A stretch of 64,000 bases of DNA, from the NCBI GenBank assembly GCA_950097015.1, contig CATNEN010000003.1, positions 6,076,001-6,140,000 on the forward strand, read 5' to 3'. Positions 47,101-58,600 of this stretch are shown here, piece after piece (position 1 is the first letter of the stretch; each line of letters opens with the position of its first letter). The notes beneath the pieces are model-generated. The model made no database searches, was not told where the DNA came from, and saw nothing but the letters and a program-made list of their open reading frames with translations. Both the position numbers and the translations under genes were made by a program. Origin of the DNA: Macrostomum hystrix (lineage: Eukaryota > Animalia > Platyhelminthes).

Positions 47101-49767
47101 CTCTTCTTAGTAATTTGATGTTCTCTTCTTGGTCAGTTGATGTTATCTTCTTGGTCATTTGATGTTCTCTTCTTAGTAATTTGATGTTCTCTTCTTAGTA
47201 ATTTGATGTTCTCTTCTTGGTCAGTTGATGTTCTCTTCTTGGTCATTTGATGTTCTCTTCTTGGTCAGTTGATGTTCTCTTCTTGGTCATTTGATGTTCT
47301 CTTCTTGGTCAGTTGATGTTCTCTTCTTGGTCATTTGATGTTCTCTTCTTAGTAATTTGATGTTCTCTTCTTAGTCATTTGATGTTCTCTTCTTGGTCAG
47401 TTGATGTTCTCTTCTTGGTCATTTGATGTTCTCTTCTTGGTCATTTGATGTTCTCTTCTTAGTCATTTGATGTTCTCTTCTTAGTCATTTGATGTTCTCT
47501 TCTTGGTCATTTGATGTTCTCTTCTTGGTCAGTTGATGTTCTCTTCTTAGTCATTTGATGTTCTCTTCTTAGTCATTTGATGTTCTCTTCTTGGTCAGTT
47601 GATGTTCTCTTCTTGGTCATTTGATGTTCTCTTCTTAGTCATTTGATGTTCTCTTCTTAGTCATTTGATGTTCTCTTCTTAGTAATTTGATGTTCTCTTC
47701 TTGGTCATTTGATGTTCTCTTCTTAGTCATTTGATGTTCTCTTCTTGGTCAGTTGATGTTCTCTTCTTGGTCATTTGATGTTCTCTTCTTAGTCATTTGA
47801 TGTTCTCTTCTTAGTCATTTGATGTTCTCTTCTTAGTAATTTGATGTTCTCTTCTTGGTCATTTGATGTTCTCTTCTTAGTCATTTGATGTTCTCTTCTT
47901 AGTAATTTGATGTTCTCTTCTTGGTCATTTGATGTTCTCTTCTTAGTAATTTGATGTTCTCTTCTTAGTCATTTGATGTTCTCTTCTTAGTAATTTGATG
48001 TTCTCTTCTTAGTCATTTGATGTTCTCTTCTTAGTCATTTGATGTTCTCTTCTTAGTCATTTGATGTTCTCTTCTTGGTCATTTGATGTTCTCTTCTTGG
48101 TCAGTTGATGTTCTCTTCTTGGTCATTTGATGTTCTCTTCTTGGTCAGTTGATGTTCTCTTCTTGGTCATTTGATGTTCTCTTCTTAGTCATTTGATGTT
48201 CTCTTCTTAGTAATTTGATGTTCTCTTCTTAGTCATTTGATGTTCTCTTCTTGGTCAGTTGATGTTATCTTCTTGGTCATTTGATGTTCTCTTCTTAGTC
48301 ATTTGATGTTCTCTTCTTGGTCATTTGATGTTCTCTTCTTGGTCAGTTGATGTTATCTTCTTGGTCATTTGATGTTCTCTTCTTGGTCAGTTGATGTTAT
48401 CTTCTTGGTCATTTGATGTTCTCTTCTTGGTCAGTTGATGTTCTCTTCTTGGTCATTTGATGTTCTCTTCTTAGTCATTTGATGTTCTCTTCTTAGTAAT
48501 TTGATGTTCTCTATGTGGTCATTTGATGTTCTCTTCGTGGTCATTTGATGTTCTCTTCTTGGTCAGTTGATGTTCTCTTCGTTCGCCGTAGTTGACAAAC
48601 GCTTCGTGACGCACATCGTGTTATTAATACTCTGGCCTCTAAATATTCCTGGACACGTCATGTCGAAAAATTCTTTCGGATGTTTTAGGTGTGACTCGGG
48701 ATAAGAACGTACAGAGCTCGTATTAACTTTCTCGTATTTAGCGTTCTTGCAAATTTTCCTATCTAAAATTATACTTCAAATTCTATCACTTGCAGCGCTC
48801 CGATCAACCATCAGATCAATCGGCAGCCAACGACACCGAGTCAGATCGTAAAAGTGTCAGCGTTGAACGAACCTTTCAAACAACCGACAATGTCGCATGG
48901 CTGATTGATGAAAAACTGCCAGAATTGTGTGATACACTTGTCAGACATTTAAACAAAGCTGGCATGGTTGGCCGAACTGTTACTCTCAAACTGAAGTTAG
49001 ATAGCTTCGAAGTGTTGACTCGAAGTCACGGCCTACCGTCGGCGACAGATTCCGTTGAAGCTATTCGAGCCGCCGCGGCGGCCCTCATTCGTCAGGAATT
49101 TCCTCCGGGTCGACCGCCGCCTCGAGTTCGCCTCCTTGGCGTGCGATTGTCGTCTCTGACTTGCAGCAGTAGCGCCGGTGTCGGTACATCGAAACAGGCT
49201 CGACTGGATGATTTGCTGATCAAAGCGACAAGGTCTACTAATGATGTCGATTTCGAAGATGATTCACAGACTTCATCGACGTCCATATTGGCATCGGCTT
49301 CGACGTCGAAAGCTTCAACGTCTAAAGTAGAATCGAATTCGACGTCGAAAGTAGCATCAAATTTGATGTCAAAAGTTACATCGGCACAGACTTCAACGTC
49401 GGCATCTTTGGCAAGCGCTAGTAACGTCAGTTCGAATGACAACGACGATACATTGCATTGTCCAGTCTGTTCTTTACCTCAGTCGGGCGGTCTTGTCAGT
49501 CTGAATCGGCATTTAGATTTTTGTTTGAGTCGATCAGCGATTCAAACGGCAGTTAATGATTTTTCCAACGAATCTTTGCCGCCAGGATCGGCACTGGTAT
49601 CGATCAGTGCGCCGCCTACTGTTAGTAGTAGGAAACGCGTTGAAACTTCCGCCGCCACGAACGTTACTTCCAGCGGCAGCGGTGTTAGCAATCAAGCCAA
49701 ACGTTCAAAGATTAACGGACGTGGTGCGACAATTGATCGATTCTTTGTTAAATCGAAGCCTGAATGA
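41175..49767 (+). CDS. POLK: DNA polymerase kappa (Y-family, DinB); join(41175-41698, 42111-42966, 48796-49767), about 783 aa
   Basis: N-clasp [12 protein letters not shown]...GSKFY; catalytic [32 protein letters not shown]; TASAGI...SDFNKPNGQ; [10 protein letters not shown]; VRLLGVRLS; UBZ4 CPVC...LNRHLDFCL; C-terminal PIP box TIDRFF. Splice phases are consistent. Confidence 0.97.
43195..48580. repeat. 22-bp satellite (ATTTGATGTTCTCTTCTTGGTC)n, about 5.4 kb, in POLK intron 2
   Basis: Visible array with higher-order period of about 1.43-1.47 kb. Confidence 0.99.
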
Positions 49768-50064
49768 TGACCGAATACCTTATCTTGAAGTAGCATTTTA
49801 AGCCATTTAAATGACATTGTGTCACTCAAGGAAGAATTAAATAAAACAATGTCAGCATTTTACTTAAGGTTACTTAATATTATATTTTTATTCAGAATAA
49901 AAGTACATTTACTGCGCATCGATTCGCATTTACTTCTATTTTATTGTTGAAATTAAAAAACTTCATTCTTTTCATACAACTTTTGAAAGATCCATTTTTT
50001 ATCTAAAACTAGCTTCATTACTTAAACTGGACTTATATTCGTTACTAATAACCTAGAACTTTAG

Positions 50065-52570
50065 CCTAGATAGTGACTCAAATCTAGAACTAGAGACCTA
50101 GATAGTGACTCAAATCTAGAACTAGACCAAGATAGTGACTCAAATCTAGAACTAGACCTAGATAGTGACTCAAATCTAGAACTAGAGACCTAGATAGTGA
50201 CTCAAATCTAGAACTAGACCAAGATAGTGACTCAAATCTAGAACTAGACCTAGATAGTGACTCAAATCTAGAACTAGACCTAGATAGTTACTCAAATCCA
50301 GAACTAGACCTAGATAGTGACTCAACTCTAGAACTATACCTAGATAGTTACTCAAATCTATAACTAGACCTAAATAGTTACTCAAATCTAGAACTAGACC
50401 TAGATAGTGACTCAAATCTAGAACTAGACCTAGATAGTGACTCAAATCTAGAACTAGACCTAGATAGTTACTCAAATCCAGAACTAGAGACCTAGATAGT
50501 TACTCAAATCTAGAACTAGACCTAGATAGTGACTCAAATCTAGAACTAGACCTAAATAGTTACTCAAATCTAGAACTAGAGACCTAGATAGTGACTCAAA
50601 TCTAGAACTAGACCTAGAAAGTGACTCAAATCTAGAACTAGACCTAGATAGTGACTCAAATCTATAACTAGACCTAGATAGTTACTCAAATCTAGAACTA
50701 GACCAAGATAGTGACTCAAATCTAGAACTAGACCTAGATAGTGACTCAAATCTAGAACTAGACCTAGATAGTTACTTAAATCTAGAACTAGACCTAGATA
50801 GTGACTCAAATCTAGAACTAGACCTAGATAGTTACTTAAATCTAGAACTAGACCTAGATAGTGACTCAAATCTAGAACTAGACCTAAATAGTTACTCAAA
50901 TCTAGAACTAGAGACCTAGATAGTGACTCAAATCTAGAACTAGACCTAGATAGTTACTTAAATCTAGAACTAGACCTAGATAGTGACTCAAATCTAGAAC
51001 TAGACCTAGATAGTTACTTAAATCTAGAACTAGACCTAGATAGTGACTCAAATCTAGAACTAGACCTAGATAGTTACTCAAATCTAGAACTAGACCTAGA
51101 TAGTGACTCAAATCTAGAACTAGAGACCTAGATAGTGACTCAAATCTAGAACTAGACCTAGATAGTTACTTAAATCTAGAACTAGACCTAGATAGTGACT
51201 CAAATCTAGAACTAGACCTAGATAGTTACTTAAATCTAGAACTAGACCTAGATAGTGACTCAAATCTAGAACTAGACCTAGATAGTTACTCAAATCTAGA
51301 ACTAGACCTAGATAGTTACTCAAATCTAGAACTAGACCTAGACCTAGATAGTTACTCAAATCTAGAACTAGACCTAGATAGTTACTCAAATCTAGAACTA
51401 GACCTTAGATAGTTACTTAAATCTAGAACTAGACCTAGATAGTTACTCAAATCTAGAACTAGAGACCTAGATAGTGACTCAAATCTAGAACTAGACCTTA
51501 GATAGTTACTTAAATCTAGAACTAGACCTAGATAGTTACTCAAATCTAGAACTAGACCTAGATAGTTACTCAAATCTAGAACTAGACCTTAGATAGTTAC
51601 TTAAATCTAGAACTAGACCTAGATAGTTACTCAAATCTAGAACTAGAGACCTAGATAGTGACTCAAATCTAGAACTAGACCTTAGATAGTTACTTAAATC
51701 TAGAACTAGACCTAGATAGTGACTCAAATCTCGAACTAGACCTAGAAAGTGACTCAAATCTAGAACTAGACCTAGATAGTGACTCAAATCTAGAACTAGA
51801 CCTAGATAGTTACTCAAATCTAGAACTAGACCTTAGATAGTTACTCAAATCCAGAACTAGACCTAGATAGTTACTCAAATCTAGAACTAGACCTAGATAG
51901 TGACTCAACTCTAGAACTAGACCTAGATAGTTACTCAAATCTAGAACTAGACCTTAGATAGTTACTCAAATCCAGAACTAGACCTTAGATAGTTACTCAA
52001 ATCTAGAACTAGACCTAGATAGTTACTCAAATCTAGAACTAGACCTAGATAGTTACTTAAATCTAGAACTAGACCTATAATAGATAGTGACTCAAATCTA
52101 GAACTAGACCTAGATAGTTACTCAAATCCAGAACTAGACCTAGATAGTTACTTAAATCTAGAACTAGACCTAGATAGTGACTCAAATCTAGAACTAGACC
52201 TAGATAGTTACTTAAATCTAGAACTAGACCTAGATAGTGACTCAAATCTAGAACTAGACCTAGATAGTTACTTAAATCTAGAACTAGACCTAGATAGTGA
52301 CTCAAATCTAGAACTAGACCTAGATAGTTACTTAAATCTAGAACTAGACCTAGATAGTGACTCAAATCTAGAACTAGACCTAGATAGTTACTTAAATCTA
52401 GAACTAGACCTAGATAGTGACTCAAATCTAGAACTAGACCTAGATAGTGACTCAAATCTAGAACTAGACCTAGATAGTGACTCAAATCTAGAACTAGAGA
52501 CCTAGATAGTGACTCAAATCTAGAACTAGAGACCTAGATAGTGACTCAAATCTAGAACTAGACCTTTATC
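50065..52570. repeat. 30-bp satellite (CTAGATAGTGACTCAAATCTAGAACTAGAC)n between POLK and SKI3
   Basis: Visible array; the LDLSHYLGLV ORFs are artefacts. Confidence 0.99.
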
Positions 52571-52684
52571 TAGAACTAGGTTCCAGTCCTATTTTTCATT
52601 ATATACTGATGGGGTAATTAATATATTGGCTTCTTAAACTATGCAATTTTTTCAGTTTAAATTGCCGCTAAAATTTGAATCACG

Positions 52685-55600
52685 ATGTCGTCATCAAGAG
52701 CTCGTTTGAAGTCAGCCAGTGAAGCTCTGGCAGCTGAAAGATTTTCAGACGCAGCCAAGATCTGTCAATCATTGCTAGCCGAATCGCCCGACAATTACAA
52801 TGCCTGCGTATTTCTCGGCGCAGCTTACGAAGGATTGAAAAGAGACGAGGACGCTTTGACTTGTTATCGCGATGCCACGAAACAGCAGCCGAAGCAACTG
52901 CTAGGATGGAAGGCTGTGGCTAAGTGAGCCACGATTCTACCCCTTTTCTCTACCCCCTTTCTCCCCCTATACGATTCTACCCCCTTTTTACCCTATCCAA
53001 TTCTACCCCTTTCTCCGCCCAATCTGATTCTACCCCCTTTCTTATCCTATCCGATTCCATCCCCTTTCTCCTCCATATCCGATTCTACCCCCCATTTCTC
53101 CTCCATATCCGATTCTACCCCCCCATTTCTCCTCCATATCCGATTCTACCCCCCATTTCTCCTCCATATCCGATTCTACCCCCCATTTCTCTTCCATATC
53201 CGATTCTACCCCCCATTTCTCCTCCATATCCGATTCTACCCCCATTTCTCCTCCATATCCGATTCTACCCCCCATTTCTCCTCCATATCCGATTCAACCC
53301 CCATTTCTCCTCCATATCCGATTCTACCCCCATTTCTCCTCCATATCCGATTCTTCCCCCATTTCTTCTCCATATCCGATTCTACCCCCCATTTTTCCAA
53401 TCCGATTCTACCCCAATTTCTTCAATTCTATTCTAGCCCCATTTCTCTTCCTATCCGATTCTACCCCCTTTCTCCCACTGTCGAATTCTACCCCGACTAT
53501 TATTCACCATTATTTTTCACCCAATTCTTCTCTAATTTTGCTATCATCCAGTTCCTCACTATTCTCCCATTTCCATTTTCCCATTTTCCCCTCACCTACA
53601 ACTATTTCCCAGTCTCTCCTCTCCCAGTTCTTCCACATTCTCCCTCATTCACTTCTATGGCTTTCAAATCGAGGATTTTTAGCCATCCATTTATTGTTCA
53701 AAAATTTCCCAAATTTCTCCCAATTCCTATCCAGCAATGTGTTATCCTCTCTGAAATCGTATTCCCAAGATACTGTGAGTCGCATCACGATCGTCAGCTG
53801 AAACAAGAGCTGCCAGATGTCTACGACAAAGTCCTGGAGCTGACAGATCCTGCTGATGCTCGTCATCCGGACACCCTGTTCAAACTGATGGAGCTGCTCT
53901 GCCGACAGCGACACCATCGTCGAGCTGTTGACGCTGGCAGGCTGTGGTTAAGTCGATACACGGCATCAGAGGCTCGGGCTCGTCTACAGCTGCGATTGTT
54001 GGACACTATGGCCGAGGCTGCGGATTCTGTGCCTAACGAGGTGACCCAAAACTTATTATTCGCATTGATCCTCAAATTTTGTTAATCCTAATCTTTCCCG
54101 TAGATCCTCAAATTGTGTTAATCCCTAATCCTTCGCATTGGTTCTCAAATTTTGTTAATCCTTAAACCTGCCCGTAGATCCTCAATTTGTGTTAATCCCT
54201 AATCTTTCCCGTTGATCCTCAAATGGTGTTAATCCCTAATCCTTTCCGCAGATCCTCAAATTGTGTTAATCCTAATCCTTTCCGTACATCCTCAAATTGT
54301 GTTAATCCTAATCTTTCCCGTAGATCCTCAAATGGTGTTAATCCCTAATCCTTTCCGTAGATCCTCAAATTGTGTTAATCCTAATCCTTTCCGTACATCC
54401 TCAAATTGTGTTAATCCTAATCTTTCCCGTGGATCCTCAAATTGTGTTAAATCCGAAATCTTTTTCCGTCGATCCTCAAATTTATGTTAATCCTAATCCT
54501 TTCCGTAGATCCTCAAGTTGTGATCCTCAAATCCTCAAAAGTACTCATTTGAAATGAAATTTTAGGAGATTTTCGGAGAATTCGAATCTGTGCTCAGTCA
54601 GCCCGCATCGATCTTGGCCAGAGCTGATGATGCGAACTCGGATCATAATCAACTACTTAGCCAGCTGCATCGGCGTCACTGCGACCTGCTGGCTCAACGA
54701 GGCGCCGATACTGAACGACGCCTGCTAGCGCTGGCCAACGCTGTCAATCAATGCCCGGACGATGTTGAATTGATTGACAGGCTGGCGTTTGCCAAAGCCG
54801 AGCGGGGCATTGTGTGCCAGGGCTGGAGGCTGCAGAGATTGGCTAAACATTTCGCCCTAGTGAAAGTTGAGGGATCTTTGGCTAAGCAGTTTGGCAATCA
54901 AGTGAGGGCTGACGATTTATTTTTTGTTAATTTACCTTTAAATAGCTTTTAGTCAGTGTGAGGAGCTTTGAATACGTCACTAGGAAGACCCGAAGTTCGA
55001 ATCTTTTTTAAGATTTAAATTTAAACAAAATAATTCTAAATCCTAAAAGTAATTCGTTTCTCTTGCTATGGAAACTAGTTTTATGTACAAACGCATAAAA
55101 TTATGTGTTAAATCTTCTCAGTCAGGAGACTACTCACTCTGATAATCCAGTCATGGGATTCTTCTGTTTGATAATCCAGTCATGGGATTCCTCAGTCTGA
55201 TAACCCAGTCATGGGATTTCTCAGTCTGATAAACCAGTCATGGGATTCCTCAGTCTGATAATCCAGTCATGTGATTTCTCAGTCTGATTATCCAGTCATG
55301 GGATTTGTTACTCTGATAATTCAGTCATGGGATTTCTCAGTCTGATAATCCAGTCATGGGATTTCTCAATCAGATAATCTAGTCATGGGATTTTTCAGTC
55401 TGATAATCCAGTCATGGGATTCCTCAGTTTGATAATCTAGTCATGGGATTTCTCAGTCGGATAATCCAGTCATGGGATTCCTCAGTTTGATAATCCAGTC
55501 GTGTGATTCCTCAGTCTAATAATCCAGTCATGGGATTCCTCAGTTTGATAATCCAGTCATGGGATTCCTCAGTCTGATAATCCAGTCATGTGATTCCTCA

Positions 55601-58600
55601 GTCTGATAATCCAGTCATGTGATTCCTCAGTCTGATAATCCAGTCATGGGATTCCTCAGTCTGATAATCCAGTCATGGGATTCCTCAGTCTGATAATCCA
55701 GTCATGGGATTCCTCAGTCTGATAATCCAGTCATGGGATTCCTCAGTCTGATAATCCAGTCATGGGATTCCTCAGTCTGATAATCCAGTCATGGGATTCC
55801 TCAGTCTGATAATCCAGTCATGTGATTCCTCAGTCTGATAATCCAGTCATGGGATTCCTCAGTCTGATAATCCAGTCATGGGATTCCTCAGTCTGATAAT
55901 CCAGTCATGGGATTCCTCAGTCTGATAATCCAGTCATGTGATTCCTCAGTCTGATTATCCAGTCATGGGATTCCTCAGTTTGATAATCCAGTCATGGGAT
56001 TCCTCAGTCTGATAATCCAGTCATGGGATTCCTCAGTTTGATAATCTAGTCATGGGATTTCTCAGTCTGATAATCCAGTCATGGGATTTCTCAGTCTGAT
56101 TATCCAGTCATGGGATTTCTCAGTCTGATAATCCAGTCATGTGATTCCTCAGTCTGATAATCCAGTCATGGGATTCCTCAGTTTGATAATCCAGTCCTGG
56201 GATTCCTCCGTTTGATAATCTAGTGACAGAATAAATCGATCATTCAATAAAATCTAGTAAAGTGCAAATCACTGATCTTTTTTAATAATCAATCAATCAA
56301 ACGATCAATAAATCAATTATTTAATCAATCAATCAATCAATCAAACCAGGTAGTCGCCAGTGCTCTTCACCGTGACCTAGCCAACACCCTAGCAGCTGTG
56401 GCCTCGCCCAGTTGGTCACTACCATATCCACCGCCGATCGACCCTTCGGCCGCTGTTACAGCCCCGTCCGGTTGTCTAGTGTCGTCGTTGGTTCGAATCC
56501 TGTGCGCTAAAGCTACTCGAAGATTCGCCGATTGTCTAGCCGCTATCGATAATCTACAAGCGGTCTATCTGGCTGTTAGTCAGCATCGAAAATTATATTG
56601 CTTCTCGTCGCGTGTTGAACTACTGGATGGTTGGCTTACAAGAATTCGTTGGCGATGCTTGGCTTGCTACGCTGACGAGCAAAGACTTTCAGTTGATGAA
56701 TTGGCTTCCATGTCAGCTGCCGCTTCTGGGGAAGATGTCAACAATGATGAAGAGGAAGATACTCATTATAGTGCAGCGGCCTCGCTAGCGATATCTTTGA
56801 GCAGGCTTGGTCGGCAACAGGAAGCTCATGCAGCTTGGCCTAACAGGCAAGGACTAACTGGGCGTAGAGTTGAAGCTTTCATAGCTTTCCAATCTGGAGA
56901 TTTTGCTCGGGCTCGACAATTACTAGAAGAATTGATTGCTCTGCCAGATTCCAACTCTGATGAAGCTGGTAGCGGCTACAGACGACCTTGGGATCGACTC
57001 ATGCTGGCGCGCTGTCTATGGTCTATGGCTCAACCTGGCAGCGCGCTGAGCGAAATAGCTAATCAACTGCTGCTATGCATTGAAGAGGATCGGTGAGTCT
57101 GATAATCCAGTCATGGGATTTCTCAGTCGGATAATCCAGTCATGGGATTTCTCAGTCGGATAATCCAGTCATGGGATTTCTCAGTCTGATAATCCAGTCA
57201 TGGGATTTGTTACTCTGATAATTCAGTCATGGGATTTCTCAGTCTGATAATCCAGTCATGAGATTTCTCAGTCTGATAATCCAGTCATGGGATTTCTCAG
57301 TCTGATAATCCAGTCATGGGATTTGTTACTCTGATAATTCAGTCATGGGATTTCTCAGTCTGATAATCCAGTCATGAGATTTCTCAGTCTGATAATCCAG
57401 TCATGGGATTTCTCAGTCTGATAATCCAGTCATGAGATTTCTCAGTCTGATAATCCAGTCATGGGATTTCTCAGTCTGATAATCCAGTCATGGGATTTGT
57501 TACTCTGATAATTCAGTCATGGGATTTCTCAGTCTGATAATCCAGTCATGAGATTTCTCAGTCTGATAATCCAGTCATGGGATTTCTCAGTCTGATAATC
57601 CAGTCATTTGATTTCTAGACCTATAATCCAACAATGGGATTTATAATCTAACTAATGATAACAATGGGATGTTTCCAAGTCTCAAGACTAGCTCGTATGC
57701 TGTTAATCTACCCAGTTACTATGCCGACGCTTACTACTGGTACGGTTGCTATGCGGAAGATGTCACTGGAGACGACGCCGTGGCTAACCAGATGTACTCG
57801 CAGGCCCATCAACTGGACGGCGATCACGAAGCAGCTTTGAAACGGCTCTGCGACCTTCTGCTGCGGCTTCATCGAGAAGCTGATTGTGTCGAGTTGTTGA
57901 CTACATTCGCAGCCAGATTCTATCGAGTGTCGCCTTGGTGCTACTTCACGCTGGGTCTGGCCCACCTCAACATGGCCAATTATCACGAAGCTATTGACTG
58001 TCTGCAGCGGGTGGTGCATCAAGACAAGGCCAATCCGCACGCTTGGACCTGCCTTGGCGAGGCCTACAGGCTGAGGGGCAGTTTCGAGTCTGCTGGAAAA
58101 GTGCGTTTGGATTGGCTTTGCTGAGATTATCTGGCGATTTTAAAGGTAGAAAGATAGTTTTGGATGGAGACAGACAGTTTAAGGTGGGAAGACGGTTTAG
58201 AGTGGGGTAAGACGGTTTAGGGTGGGGGAAGACGGTTTAGGGTGGGGTAAGACGGTTTAGGGTGGGGGAAGACGGTTTAGGGTGGGGTAAGACGGTTTAG
58301 GGTGGGGTAAGACGGTTTAGGGTGGGGGAAGACGGTTTAGGGTGGGGTAAACGGTTTAGGGTGGGGTAAGACGGTTTAGGGTGGGGTAAGACGGTTTAGG
58401 GTGGGGTAAGACGGTTTAGGGTGGGGTAAGACGGTTTAGGGTGGGGGAAGACGGTTTAGGGTGGGGTAAGACGGTTTAGGGTGGGGGAAGACGGTTTAGG
58501 GTGGGGTAAGACGGTTTAGGGTGGGGTAAGACGGTTTAGGGTGGGGTAAGACGGTTTAGGGTGGGGGAAGACAGTTTGGGGTGGCGGGAAGACAGTTTGG

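Noticed and set aside
50182-52485. LDLSHYLGLV ORFs resembling leucine-rich repeats
   Set aside because: 10-aa periodicity comes from the 30-bp satellite; frequent frameshifts; not LRR spacing.
19200-52570. CRISPR-like arrays (23-30-bp repeats)
   Set aside because: Head-to-tail repeats with no unique spacers, no cas genes, eukaryotic context.
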